From: Camelus ferus
Taxonomy: Eukaryota
Direction: 5' to 3'
Length of the DNA: 64,000 nucleotides
Assembly: GCF_009834535.1 (NCBI RefSeq)
Contig: NC_045698.1
Coordinates: 1,118,001-1,182,000 of the forward strand
Positions within the stretch are counted from its first letter, which is position 1. Each line of letters begins with the position of its first letter. The notes beneath the pieces were generated by a model that was given only the letters and a program-made list of their open reading frames with translations, did not search any database and was not told where the DNA came from. The position numbers were made by a program, and so were the translations under genes. Positions 9,331 through 22,452 of the stretch are shown here, in pieces.

Positions 9331-12300
9331 CCAGAACAGGAGAGCCTGATTTGGCTCCTCATGGGCCCTCAGGGCCCTCCTGCGCCCAGGCCGTTGCGCC
9401 TGGGGGCCTCCTGAGCCTAAGGAGAGGAGCCAGGAGACAGTTCCCCGAGTCCCTCCCTCCCCCCACAAAGCCCCAAGTCCCCGCTTGGCCGGTTCTCCTC
9501 GGAATAGGCTGGGGTCCTGCTCCCAGGCTCCGCTTTCTTCCTTGCCCCTCCCCTGATGCTGTCCCTTCACCCCAAGGGAGAACACTTTTCCCGCTGGGTC
9601 CACACTGGTTCCCACCTGGCCGGCTCTCAGGGCAGTGGGCGCTGGGCAGTGTGGGAGCCTGGGTGTGGGCACAGGGGCTTGGGCAGGTGGAAGTGGGTGT
9701 ATCAAGGTGACAGAAACTGCTTGGGGGCCAGCAAGCCTGTGACTTGCCCAGGACTGGGCCCTGACAGGGGAACTTTTTCAGTCCTTTCCAGGGCCCTCCT
9801 CAGCTGGGCCTCTGGCCTGGGAACACACTCCCATGGGGAACGCACTGTAGCTTCTGCAGCCTGAGGCTGGGCGGGAGGCAGTGCGCGGGCCTAGGTCCCG
9901 GCCTCCCTGACCCCTGACCCTCAGTCCGTCAGCCTGGAACCCTGTGCCCTGGGGTCCTCCCCCAGCCCCATCATTTTCACTTCAGAAAACCAAGAACTGG
10001 TTTCTCCTGTGATTTGTGGCAGTGACACTTGAGGTTTGTTGACTTGGATGATGTCTGAAAAAGTTATTTGCTGTTTCCCCACTTTTTTCCTTCCAAGCGC
10101 TCTGCGGCAGCTGGGCAGGCAGTGTGCATCTGCTTGCGTCGCCGGTGGCACTGCCAGGCTGGCAGGGCCTTTGTCTCCAGGCCTGGCCCATCTTCTCACT
10201 TCCCCCGGAGCAGGGCTTCCTGGGAGAGAAGAGAGCCAGAACCCCCCTTCCTGGCCCTGCTGCTGGGCCAGAGCTTCCAGGGGCTTCTAGGGGAAGGACC
10301 CAGATTTGGCCTCTGGGCCCTCTCGGTAACATGAAGGGGGGCTCATTTGGACCGCAGACCTGTCGGCATCCACCTAGACGGCACATCACTGTGGCCCACT
10401 CCCTGGGCTGTTGGAAGGGTGTTCTGGGAGGAGCATGGGGTGGAGGATTCATTTGGTTCCAGCCAGAAGGAAGTGGAGGGAAGGCTTCCTGCACCCTGGG
10501 GAGGAGAGGCCAGCAGCTGGCTTCTGTCTCATCTCCTGTCCATCTCCTCCTCCACGCTGTGCTGGATGCTCTGGGCAGTGCCCTGGGCCCAACAGGGACA
10601 GGCAGCCACCCCTCCCTGCAGAGCTTCCCTGGACTAAGATTCTTTTCATAACTGAGGATGTGCAAGGCAGGTTTGTGTTTACAACCTCGATTGGGTGATA
10701 AACTCATCTCACATTCACTGAGGCCTCTTCAACAACAACAACCTGCTGCCCAAGGGGGCGCAGGCGGCTGGCTGCCCGAGAGGACCCTGCCCTGTTGGAT
10801 TTCCATAGCCCCAAACACCAGACACCTGGAGGAACACCACCCCCAGGAGTGTGCCCTTCCCTGGGAGGGGGGGCTCCCTTCACTTGAGTCCCCCAAGGCC
10901 CATCTTCAGCGCCTGATGATTTGGGTGCTATCAGGCTGGACCTTGCCCCGGGCCCCTGACCAAGTGACTGGCGGCATCAGTAGCCACGCCCTGCCTCTCA
11001 TGCTTCGTGGACCTCTCGGGCAGGGAGCCGCCCCAGCCCTCGCGCCCTGTGCTGGGGCTCTGAGGAAATGATGGAATACCCTAGGTCTGGCCATGGGGCC
11101 TCAGAGTGAGCAGTTAATCCAGAAAGCAGGTCTGCAGCCTCGGCCCCTCGAAGGGCAGCGGTCCTCCCGGGCTGGCACGGGCTGCCCCAGTGTGCCATGC
11201 GGCCCACTCTGGTCAGTCCTGGCTCCCCAAGGAGCAGCTCTCAATCCCTCTTTGTCTTTCCTGTTGGCAGAGCCAGGAGTGCGATCTGAAACAGTCTCTG
11301 AGCCCCCAGGGCTTGGCTGGGCCTGCGTCCTCCCCCTCGCTTGAACATTGCTGCAACTTGCAGAGGCATCTGGGGGCTGAGAACAGAAGAGAAGGCTACA
11401 CGGCAGCTGACGGGGTGGCTCTGGTGCTGCCCGTGGTGCCTGCCGTTGCCCGGGGCCTGGGGTCTGTGGCCCCTCCCCTGCGCCCCGGGGCCCAGGAAAG
11501 CTGAGGGGCTCTTGCCTGGGCCGGCCTCAGGGAGGTCACTGGGCCCTGGTGTCCCTGGAGATGCTGCTGTCCTTGGAGGCACCCTGTCCTCAGTGATGCT
11601 CCTGGCCTGACCCAGCAGTGGAGCTGTGCTTTGGGGCCAGGTCCCCAGGCTGCAGTGCAAAATCTTTCATCTTTGCAAAGCCAGCGGTGGAGCTGGGAGC
11701 CTGTTCCGCACTGGCCCTGGGCTCCAGGAGAAGTCTTTCTCCCTTTCTTTACCCGCTTTGAGGCAATGCCAAACTCAGAATTACTTACAGCAGAATGTCG
11801 GAGTGGTTCTTTCTTAAAGCAGTCCAGTTAGAGATGGTGATGTGTGGTCTGGACGCAGGTCAGAGGCGCTCACGGTCCCTGCAGAGTGACCGCGAGTGGA
11901 CTGGTGCCAGTGGATCTCGTGCCTCCCCAGTCTGGCCCCTTTCCTCACGGGGTTGGAAGGAGGCTGAGGCAGCAAAGATTGGAGGTTTTTTAATTTCCCC
12001 CTCACTTCAGGAATATGATGTGTGTCTGTAATGTTGAAACGCACCAGCAGACTTGAGGAAGATTTCTGTTATTAAAAGTGAAAGGCTATTAATCCAAACT
12101 GTATCTGTAGCTTGTATGTTTAAACTTGAAATGTTTACCATGCACACCCTGGAATCACCAACACCCCAGCCCAGAAAGACACCCAAGGGAAATGAAGTGA
12201 TTTTAAACCATAGAGAAAGGTAGCAGCTCACGTCACTGCCTGGAATTTGAATATCACTTTGAATTCCTTGACAGAGTATTCAGAGTCTTTAGCAGGGAGA

Positions 12301-13449
12301 AGAAAAACATAAACATTTATCCTCAGTGCGTAGCTGGTGCTCACGCAAGGGACCTCACCACACAGAAACCTCCTGCGGGGGAGGGGCCTCCCGCTGACAG
12401 CCTACGAAGCCTCACGGGGCAGGCGGGCATCCACCTGGAGTTTGCACAAAGGAAGCGTGTATTCCGTCGGTGGGAAGAGGGGGCGTGGCTGCTCCCCCAG
12501 GGCACTCATTTATGTGGGCTGTTCTCTTGCAACTGTTTGCCAAAAATTCACAAACAGAAGGTGACAAGGTACCAAATGGCGTTTGCACAGGTCATTTGAA
12601 AAGAAGACAGTGTGGCGGGGGTGTAGCGCACCGAGGCTGTGGGCCTGTGGTCGCCCAGATGCAAAGAGCACCCCTTATGCCCCCCACCTGCTCCCCTGGG
12701 CACTGCTCCCAGTCAAGCTGCCCTCTGACCTCTCCTCCACCCTCCCACCGGGGCTGGGGGCTCCGGAGGTCTGTGTGAAAATGCTCCCCGTGTCCCCAGA
12801 CAGAGCACGTGCAGAAAGGAGCGTTTGCTGGGCATGCACGGAGCTGGCATTTTGTTGTCCTGGGAGTGTCCTGTGTCCCTTCTGGGGTGACTTGGGTGTG
12901 CGCTGCTGTCCCAAGCCGTCCTGAAGGTGGCATTTCCCCGTCCCCCGCATTGCATCCAGGGGACACTGCAGACCCCACGTTAAACGCCCCCTTGCCCGCG
13001 GCGCCCCAGCAGTGACCAGCGTAATGCACCGGCTTTTAATTTCTGTGGTGGCAAGTCACACGGGAATGTCCTCCAGGAGTTAGCTGATTTTTATATGAAA
13101 ACACACCATTTCAGAGTATTTTTGAAATTCAATTAATTGAAGGCCCAGATAAAAGGAACACATTCTTAATGGCTATAAAATCACCCGGAGGGAGGTGAGG
13201 GAGCGGGGCCGACTTCAAAGCGCAACAGAAATCCTCACTGTTTCACTTTAAAAGTCTTCAGATCAATGACTCAGTTAAAGTTACTTAGACAGTGAGCAAC
13301 CATTTCATTTTCTGTCTGAAAATGACAGAGTGTTCTTCTTGCCCGGGATACAGGCGCTCCAGGGGGACTGCTGGCCATGACACTGGGTCGGAAGCGGGTC
13401 AGCTTTGCTCAGGACCAACTCTGCCTGGGGCTCAGGGCAGCCCCAGTGT

Positions 13450-13834
13450 CTCGCTCTCTCCCTGGAGGGGTCCTGATCGGTGGCTGAGACCGCAGTCAGT
13501 TACTGCCTCAGTGCTGGAGGTGAGAAGTCCGGGACCAGGCTGTGGGCAGCTTTCTCCAGCCATGAGGGGATTCCGTGAGACTCTGGTGGCCACTGGCAGT
13601 CCCTGCTGTCCCGGTGGACACACCACCTGACCTCTGCCTCCGTCGTCACCAGGCAGTCTCCCTGTGGGTGTCTCAGTCTCTGTGTCCAAATGTCTCCTAT
13701 TTATAAGGACATCAGCAGACCGGGTTGGGGCCCACCCTCATGACCTCATCTTAACTAATTACATGTGCAGTGACACTGTGTCCACATAAGAGCGTCAACA
13801 TGTGAATTCTGGGGGACACAACTCAGCCCCTAAC
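13450..13834 (-). mobile_element. MaLR solo LTR, MLT1B/C-like
   Basis: Diagnostic MLT1 text: ataaggacatcag...gggcccaccctcatgacctcatcttaactaattacat...gggggacacaactcagcccctaaca. Family recalled from memory. Confidence 0.75.
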
Positions 13835-15479
13835 AGAGGGGCACCCTGATGTGCCACGCCGTGGCCCCAGGTTGTTTCCGGCCCTGCTGCCCATCACCAC
13901 ATTTGGGAGGGAGACCTGTGCTGGTCACCGTGCCAGCATCACGGGGGACTCAGCTTGGTAGGTGAGCCAGCCTTTTGGGGCCCAACAGCCCCCTCCCTGT
14001 TTCCTTTCTGTCCCTCCAGTCTGAGCCGGCAGCATCACTGCTGGAACGACTTTCTCCGGAACTTCGGGGCCTTCCGTGGATCTCACTGGGGCTCCATCCA
14101 TCACACAAGATCTGTCCCCAGTAATTCCTTCTCTGACCTGGCCTCCTGCCGAGAAGCCCGAAAAACAGCGGACCCTCAGTGACTGAATTCTCTCACCTTT
14201 GATGGTTCTGAGGACTTAGCGCCAGGTTGTGGGGGCATGACTGGACCCCCGTCGTGACCTCGCTAGATTTTTCTGGTTCCCAGCCCACTCCATCTCGGTG
14301 GTCTCTGGCCAGGGAACGGTGTTGAGTGGGCGCCGTGCTGTGGGGGGGTCAGTGCTGCTTGCCAAATTTGGGGGCCGCGTGTGGCTGCTCACAGGGCTGG
14401 ATTGCACTGCCTGGCCACCTCGGGGCAGATGTGGCCTTGTGACTGCCTTTGGCCAGCGAAACCAAGCAGAAGTGACCTGTGTCATGGCGTCACAGAGGCC
14501 GGTGAGCGAGGCCCCCTACGGCAACAGCACAGCCCCAGGCCGAGGCTCAGGCCGTCTGGCTCGGGAAGGAGCCCCCGCTGGCCGGCAGGACAGACCATGG
14601 GGGCGGGAACCCAGCGCCGGGTGAAGCCGCGGATTTGTTGGGATTGTTTGTCACAGCGGCACAACTCATCCCAGCTGCCCGCTGCAGGTACTCCTCAGCA
14701 ATAAGATTAATAACGTTATGCTGTAATTGTATACTATTATGTGATTACACTGTAATCACAGGTATAATTATAAAATGGTGATTGTATATTATTATGTAAT
14801 TATATATTATAATTTTCAATACAGAGAAAGCAACTAGGCAGAGAGATTACCTTAAAGGGAAGGTATAAAGCGAGGGCAAAATAAACAATGCCTTTAAAGG
14901 CCGGAAGTGAAAATGAAGCACCCTTTCATCACTTTCACAGACATGAAAAACAAGAGGTTTGCAAGAAAGTTCCTTAACTTAGAAGCAAATAGCTTCTGCT
15001 TGTGAACATTTCTAGCCTCTCTGTCCTGTCTCCAGGAGGAGGACCATCTGGAGGACTCCTCGCCCTGCGGGGAACCCCCCGGGGCTGCCTGAGCATGCGC
15101 ACCGTGAGAGGGCTGCTCCACAGAGCCCTGGGGCCAGCACTTGGCGTGGCCCTGGCTCCTGTGCTGACTGCCAGGCACAAGAATTACGGGGCCGTGGGGG
15201 AGAGAGGGCTGTTTTGCCAGCCCTGAAGAGCTTATAGAAAAACCGTGATGAAACACAGAGTCTTAAACCAGCAGCCCAAATGCACAAAGAGCCAGCGAAG
15301 TTCCAGGGTGACCCTAAAAAAGCCCAAATATTTTTTCTTGTAGTTGAAGGGAGATAGGAATATTTATTCTTGCAACACTCATAGTAAATAATACTACTAA
15401 ATATTACTTATTTTCCATATTTTATCTAATATTTAATAATTCAATAAATACTTTTAATATTAATATTAAATCATATTTG

Positions 15480-15763
15480 ATATTATCTTTTATGTCTTTC
15501 GTCTAGCAAATATTTTACCTTGACACAGTCAAATCCATCATTACCCTTTATTAATTTACCTCCTCGTTCACGTTTATAGTTGTGACCCCGACTATTCTTC
15601 CAGCTTTACAATTTCAGCACTTACATCTAGGCCTCGGTCCACCAGGAACGTGTGTTTTGTTACACGCTGTGACGCGGGTCAGTGTTTATTTCTGTGTGCC
15701 TGTAGCCACTTTCCCTACGATCACTCATTAAAACGATTTTTTTAGTGCGTAGACTTAAACTCA
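15480..15763 (-). mobile_element. Degenerate L1 ORF2 fragment, interrupted by a SINE
   Basis: Resembles the antisense L1 ORF2 consensus (cacttacatctaggcc...tgtgacgcgggtcagtgtttatttc). Confidence 0.45.
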
Positions 15764-15900
15764 TTTTTTTGTTCTGTTTGCAAGATAAGTAATTAGGTTT
15801 GTGTATTTATTTTGTTTACTTTTAACAGAGGCACTGGGGATTGAACCAGGACCTCATGTGTGCCGAGCACACACTCTACCACTGAGCTACGCCCTCCCCC
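15764..15900 (-). mobile_element. tRNA-derived SINE, camelid Vic-1-like
   Basis: Minus strand reads GGGGGAGGGCGTAGCTCAGTGGTAGAG (A box)...GGTTCAATCCCCAG (B box)...AAACCTAATTAC, then an A-rich tail. Confidence 0.85.
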
Positions 15901-16029
15901 TCAGACTCACCCTTTGTCCTTTGAACACAGCTCTTTCACAATGAAAGCCTGTCGGGAGGAAACGGTGGTGGCTGCCCTGCACGGCTGTCAGCAGCGTCAT
16001 CAAGGGCCACGTTGTAACCCATCTTAATG

Positions 16030-16800
16030 GCGGGTGTGACGAGGTTCCTCGCAGGGTGGGGACGTGGTGACTGGTTGGGGGTCATGACGGCTGCTGGCAG
16101 AAGGCTTTCCGGAGACTTCCATCAGCCCAGGGGCGGCGCCGCCGAGGGCCCGCGAGCACCCGCGCTCTCCTCTCTCCTTCTAGGAACAGGCGTCCCCTGG
16201 ACCTTGGAGCCGCCGCTGAGAAGTGACTGCTGCCGCCCCCCTCGCAGCCACGTGGGAGGGGGTGCCCGGGGCTTCCGCAAGACCAGTTTAAGAGGAAACC
16301 ACTTACCCTTCTCTGCCTGCCTCCCGTCCCCACTGGCTGGGAAGTGTGAGAGCTGGCGTGGCTGCCCTGGGCCCAGAAGTCGAAGCCGCCCCTGCTGGGC
16401 CCCCGACGCGCGAGCCGGAGGTCTGCGTCTTATTGGAGCCGCGGGGTGTTTGCTCCGAGACAGCGTCCCAGCCCGCTCCCCTCGCATGGCGGGGCCGGAC
16501 CGGCGGCACCAGCGAGGCGGGTGGGGGGGGGGACTCCACCACTGGCTGAGGGTGCAGACCCGGGGAAGAAGCACCAGGGAGGGGGCTCGGGTCTGGCTGT
16601 GTGGTGCGGGATGTCTGTGGCCACTTGTGAAACAGCTGGGGAGAAGCAGCTGGTTTGCGGCAGGACGTGGCGGAGGCCTGGGCTGCTGGGAGGGAGTTCG
16701 GCGCAGCTTCCGCGTGGCTGCCGCTACCTGTTACCCGCTGTGCACGCTGAGGCTCCGCCCGCTGGGTTTGTACTGAGAGGTGATGGGTGGGGGGCTCTGC
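16030..16800. promoter_or_regulatory. CpG-rich island
   Basis: Local CpG enrichment; CCAAT (minus) 16432-16436, GC box near 16488, minus-strand donor AGG|GTAAGT at 16306. Confidence 0.5.
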
Positions 16801-19159
16801 AGAAAGCGGGAAAAAGTGATAAAAGAAATCTAATAAAGTAAATACCAGCTTTTTCTAAGCGGTTAGTTTTGTGTTTTTTTTTAACATCTGATAAAATGAG
16901 ATGAAATGGTTATAATGGCAGGCCTTCCGGAAATTGGATTCCTAGTCTCCACCTACTTCCCTTGAGCCTGGTGGTCCCTGGGCCTGCAGACATGGGGCTG
17001 GTACCCACCCCACCCCCACAAACACCGAAGGATCAGTGCGTCGTCTCCTGGACACAGAAGGGCACACACACCCAGAGGCACACGCGCTGGGCTGGGTTGT
17101 GGGTTGGGGGCCTTGCCTGCCAGTGGGGGCTCCTCGGAGAACACACGCCTGCTTCTTCAGGGCCTCGGCTTGGCAGCCTGGCATCGTGAGACCTTGGAGT
17201 AAAGGTCTGCCCCGGCCGGGGGGCCACCTGCGTCCTCGTGAGCTGTCAGAAGCTCGCGGCTACCTGGATGTACCCAGAGTTGGCACAGTCTTCTGGGTCC
17301 GCCCTCCAGAGGGGTGGCCATCTGCTTCCGTCCCGTGTGAAATGGGCTTCCGTGTGCACAGGCATCCTCTTCAGAAGTTCCCTCAGAGCCTGTGTAGCCT
17401 GAGGCCTGGGGTGACCACTCCCTGCACCCTCAGGGAAGAGCCCAGCCTCAGGCCGGCTCTTCTGCCCGGTGTGACCTTCCAGCTGGCGCCATGTCCATGG
17501 CTTGCGGCTCCCTGTCTTGGCCAGAAAGCGTGGCTCAGGCGGCCCCCTTTCCAGACTGGGCTTTCTTGCTGTCTGGTGTCCTGTCTGTGGGACAGTCTGT
17601 TGCTGGGAGGTGTCATCACAGACATCACCTCCCAGGCAACCTGATGTCTCACGATGCCGTGTGTTCTCTGAATTTTGAAATACTGACCAAAGTCCTGGCC
17701 CCAGAGCAGCAGCTCCCGGCCTGGCTGGGGTCCTGCCCACACTCTTGGATGCTGGGTGGGAGAGGACACCTGCGCCGGGTCCACAGCCTGGGGGCCTTGG
17801 TGGCCCTTCCGCTGACCTCAGACCCCCAGACCCCTCCGACCCCTCGCCCTCCTCGTGGTGACACTGACTCGGTGCCCTGGTCATGTCTCTCTGAGGGGAG
17901 GGGAGGTGGAGTGGTTGTCATTGTGGTCGAACAGACGCAGCTGAAATGAGCACGAGGCGCCTGTGACCATCAGTGTCGCGCACCGTCTGGCAGAGGAAGC
18001 GTCCCACTTTGGATCCCTGGTCTTCATGGTCGAGGCGAGCACCCCACAGCGCTGGGAAAGGTTGACAGTTTTCGCTTCAATTCCTCAGAGTTTTTCAGGA
18101 CTGGAGGTCAGACCGCGTGGTCTGAAGGGTCGCAAGCTCTGAGAAATTTTCTATGGACTAAAATTAAAAAAAGAACAACACAGAACTGGGAGTTTGCAAC
18201 CTTACATTTTACCCAAATCTGGCTTTGCAGCAACCGTGACACAGAGGGGCACTCGGAGGAGGTAGAAATGCCCGCCTTCGTCCCGGCCGAACGTGCCGTG
18301 AGGGCGGCCGGGCGGCTAGTGCGGGAGGGAAGTTTTCACAGGAAACCCAGAGCCAGAGCGTTTGTGTCCAGCGGACCGTGGTTTTCCACGCCTCCTGCGG
18401 CCCCCGGTGAGGCTCAGCCCGGGCGCCCAGGTGGCGAGCAGCGGGCGCGCTGTGGCGACTGTGGGGCTCTGGCGCGCGCCCGACTGGGAGCGCGTGAGCA
18501 CCTTCCCGGCCTCGCCGCCGCCGGGGCCTCGCTCTCCGGTTGTGCGTGCTTGCCTCTGACTTGCTTGCAGGCTGGATGTCGCCGTTTTGGGGCCTGCCTT
18601 CCACCACAGACGACAACTTTGTTAAAACCCCCAAATCACATTCCTCCGGGTCAGCTTGGCGCGCACAACACGCCAGACGCCGTCCGCGGCCGCTCCTGGG
18701 TGGCTGCCTGCGGGGTGAACGCCACTCTCCAGGCTGCGGGGGACCTGAGGAAACTCCGTGCTCCCCCGTGATTCCAGCTTCGTCTGGGCGCCCCCTCATC
18801 TTTAGCCTCTTGTCCACAACAGGCTTGCCCTGCGGGATCGATGGAGTCGGGCTGGGACAGGCAGGCGTGTGAAGCCACACTGGTGGTCTGGGACTGCATC
18901 CTGCTCCCAGGGGTGTAAAGCTGGAGCCACATGAATCCAGGCCCATTCCTGCTTCCACAGGGCCCGGGGACCCCATCCCTGAGTTGCAGCCCACCCAGGA
19001 GAGGGGCAGGCCACGCAGAGCGGATGTGGCTGCACATGGCTGTGCCACGGGCAGGGGAAACTTGTGGACGATGGTGTGCAGGGCTCTCCTCTTATCCCAG
19101 CCTTGGGGACAGTCTAGAAAATAGAAGTGTGGACCATGAAGATGCTAGCTTTCCCTGCT

Positions 19160-19600
19160 CCCAACTCCACATTTTAAAACCGTTTCTCATGGAAAATTCC
19201 AAACATTTACAAAGATAAAAAGAATCCTGGAATGGAGAGAAGCTGCTTCAGCAAGGACAGAACTCACGGGCTGTGGGACCACTGTCCACAACCTATTCCA
19301 TGGCCTGAGGCCAGTCTGACCGCTGTCCCCAGCTGTTTGCTCTGGAGCACATGCAGGCACCATATCTATAAGTGTCTCAGTAAGTGTCCCTGAAAGACGG
19401 GGACGTGAAAAACTCTCCGGACAAACACCACACCTGGAAAGTCATCAAATCTTTGATAGCCTCAGATATGCCACCCGTGTCCCACTTCCCTGTTTTGTCC
19501 AGGTTGTTCCAGCCTCAGGATCTGAGGAAGGTCAGACACGGAGCACAGCTGACCTCTCACCTGTTTCTCCAGGTGCTCAGTTCCCATCCGACTTTTGCCT
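19160..19600 (-). mobile_element. Ancient L1 (L1MC-like) 3' end fragment
   Basis: atggaaaattcctaaacatttacaaag...tcagtaagtgtccctgaaagac...caggatctgaggaaggtc resembles the L1MC 3' UTR as recalled. Confidence 0.5.
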
Positions 19601-22059
19601 TTCTGCTGCCGCGCTGCTGATGAAGAAGAAGTGAGGTCTTGTCCTGGGGAGGTTCCCACGTTCCTCGTGGAATTAGTTACAGCCCTCCGTCCGTCGGCAG
19701 TTAGAGCTGGAAACCCGGTCGGGTTTAGGTTCAGCATGGGCAGGACTGCACCTCGGGTGGTATGCAGTTTCCAGGAGCAGTGCCCCTCGGGGGGCATCTT
19801 TCCTCCTGTGACGGCGGTCACCACTGCTGGTGGCGGCGAGGACCTGGACACGGCGCTGTCTGAACTTCGGCAGCCTTCCCTCGCCCGTCAGCGGGGACCC
19901 TGCCCTGATCAGCCCTGGCTTACAGCACAGAGAGGGGGGCGGGCTGCGAGCTGATGTCTCAGGGCCCTCCAAAGGGGAGAAGGGAGGGGTTGTTGGAGCT
20001 GCAGCATCACCTGCTGGACTTGAACTTAGCTCCTGTGTTTGATCCACGGGGCTCGAGCTGCCCGTTTTGGTGGCTGGAGCCTCTTCTTGGTGCTGTGATC
20101 TGGATGGCTCCCTGCTTTGCGACCCCATGATGGTTCTGGGCTCCCCACGTGTATTTCCTGTCCCAGTCCTGGGAGGAGCGACTTCTGCCACGACCCTGGC
20201 TACTTTCCAGACAAGTGCTCTTTGTGGGTCACAGCCTGGGCACGGCGTCACCACGTGTGAACGACGGAGGCTGGGGCTGTAGGCTGGTGCACGGGGCGCG
20301 GCCAGAAGCTGGGCTAGCCTGTCGGTCTCGCTGGGGGCGTGGGGCCCACTCGGGGCCCCACCTGCGGTTCTAGCTGTCACCATGATAAAGCGGGCACTCT
20401 AGTTTTCCGTCCACATTTCGGTTTCCACCTGTTTACCCTTGGAATAATGTTTTGAGCCACCAAAGGAAACACTGCTTTAGAAGACGGGATAACATTTCAT
20501 GGCAGCTGCCGAGGAAACGTGTTTTTCTATCTCAGAATGAATTTTGTTGCCTCTGTCTGAGAGATGCTAGTTGATCTTTGTCCCCCCAACCCCTTTGCAA
20601 CAGTGACGCGATTTTCATTGAAGTGACGCAACTCGTGGCTGTCACCTACGAGCCGTGTGAGGAGCATTGGAGTCCACAATGGCAGGTCAGTCAGACGGTT
20701 TGCGGGGGTGGGAGGCTGAAGCCGACCATGGAGGGGGCCCCGGGCTCCTGTGCCTCTTCAAGAGGTGCGAAGTGGAGGGACCTTAGATACACGGAGGTTA
20801 AACCCTTTTTCTGCTAGAACACAAAATCCCCAAACTGGAAACCTGCCAGGAGGGGATGCCATGTCCCTGGGACGTACCCCGGGGGATCAGGGCCAGTCAG
20901 AGCTGCTGCCGCCACCAAGCCCTTCCTGCCGGACCAGATGGTCGTCCCGTCTCTGTCCTCCAGGGGCCACGCTCCCCGGAGAACGGTCCCAGCGGCGGCG
21001 GTGACTGACCCGCACACTGACAGCAGCAAACCGCTGCGGGCCTGGATGTCGCAGGCCAGGCAGCTGTCAGACTACAGCCCTGTGGAGAGGGAGGGTGGGC
21101 ACATCTCCTTGACTCAGCTTTTCTGGACGCTGGAGACCCCACTCGTGTAGCAGGACACACCCCGATGTCTGTCACTCATTTGCTGTTTCACCAGAAATCG
21201 CCATTTGATTGAGGAGGAAGGCTGGTTGGTGTGGCTGGTTGGCATGTCTGACACACGAGTGTGCAATAGAGCGGGGGGGGGGGGGCGTGGCCTGGTCCGG
21301 CCTGGCGACCCGGACGCGAGGCTGAAGGGCCCTCTGCCGGCCTGCTCTTCCCTCCTTTGCTGGTTCCTCGCGTCCCTCTAGCCTGAGTTTCTGACAAAGC
21401 TTCCTGGCACAATAGCTTTCTCTTACAAACACAGTTGGTTTTACGGCTCTCAGAGATATTTTCCATAAACGCCTCATCAGAAAAGCATTCTGCAGTAGCG
21501 CCTGCCAGCAAGCTGGCGGAGAAGGAGTCAGACTCTCTCGCCCACTTTCCACGGTTTAATCCACCACCGCATTTCTGAGACTTCAGGAGGCCCGGCCAAT
21601 AACAGGAATGCGAGCGCACGGCTGAAAAGACTCTCGTGACAGCACACCCTCAGCAGCAGCGCACCAGAGCCCAGCTCGGCCCGGGGCCGCCCGCCAGGAA
21701 GCCCCAGCCACTGCCCGCCCCCCGGGCCAGACTCACACAATCCCACAGGGCGCTGTTCACGCTCACTTAAGACGCAGCTTCCTTCCGGAAGAGAAGTAGG
21801 TGCTCAGAAAAAAGGTCTGAATGCAGGAGCGGATTGGGGCATTCACGGCCACTCTCCCCCAGGCAGTACACCTCCAGCAGCCACCCCAGCTGCCTGACCT
21901 CTTCCTTTGCGGGAAACCCCAGCTGGGGCAGCGCCCCCTTCCCCCACAGGCCCCTGGAAAGGGTGACCGGACCTCAGCTCCAAGGACCCATCCTGACTGG
22001 CTCTCACCCCCGCCCTGTGAGTGACCCAGCGTTGCACTAGCTATTTATCGCCCCGACAA

Positions 22060-22452
22060 ATCGCCCCAAGACGTCGCATCTTTCAGTGTCTCAGGGTGTC
22101 TGCGGGCTGCAGGCCTGGATACAGCGCAGGGGGGCCTCAGGGTCTCATCTGAAGGCTCGACTGGGGAGAGACCCACGTTTTCTGCCAGGATGCAGCCCCT
22201 TGAGCAATTCTAGATGGGGGTCTCTGTGCCTGGCATCCCCACCCTCACCCGGTGGGCCTGGCCGGGCGGCTCTCAATCTGGGCATGTGAGGGGAGAGAGA
22301 GTGTGGGCAGAATGGGAGTCACAGGGGTGTGTCAGGTAATCTCAGATGTGACAGACCGTCCCCTCTGTCACCAAGTCCAGCCCACACTCAAGGGGAGGGC
22401 ATGAAACCGGAGGCAAGGCCATCGGGAGCCTCTTCAGAAGCTGCCAGCCACC
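22060..22452 (-). mobile_element. MaLR LTR, MLT1F-like
   Basis: gtctcatctgaaggctcgactgggga...gtccagcccacactcaaggggagggc...agaagctgccagccac are typical MLT1F motifs. Confidence 0.6.

Noticed and set aside
14700..14830. Very AT-rich TATA/ATTA stretch
   Set aside because: Low-complexity sequence without a clear period or motif grammar; probably decayed simple repeat or transposon debris.
21490..21520. CTCF-like TGCAGTAG...CCAGCAAGCTGGCGG
   Set aside because: The core needs a one-base gap to fit the CTCF consensus.
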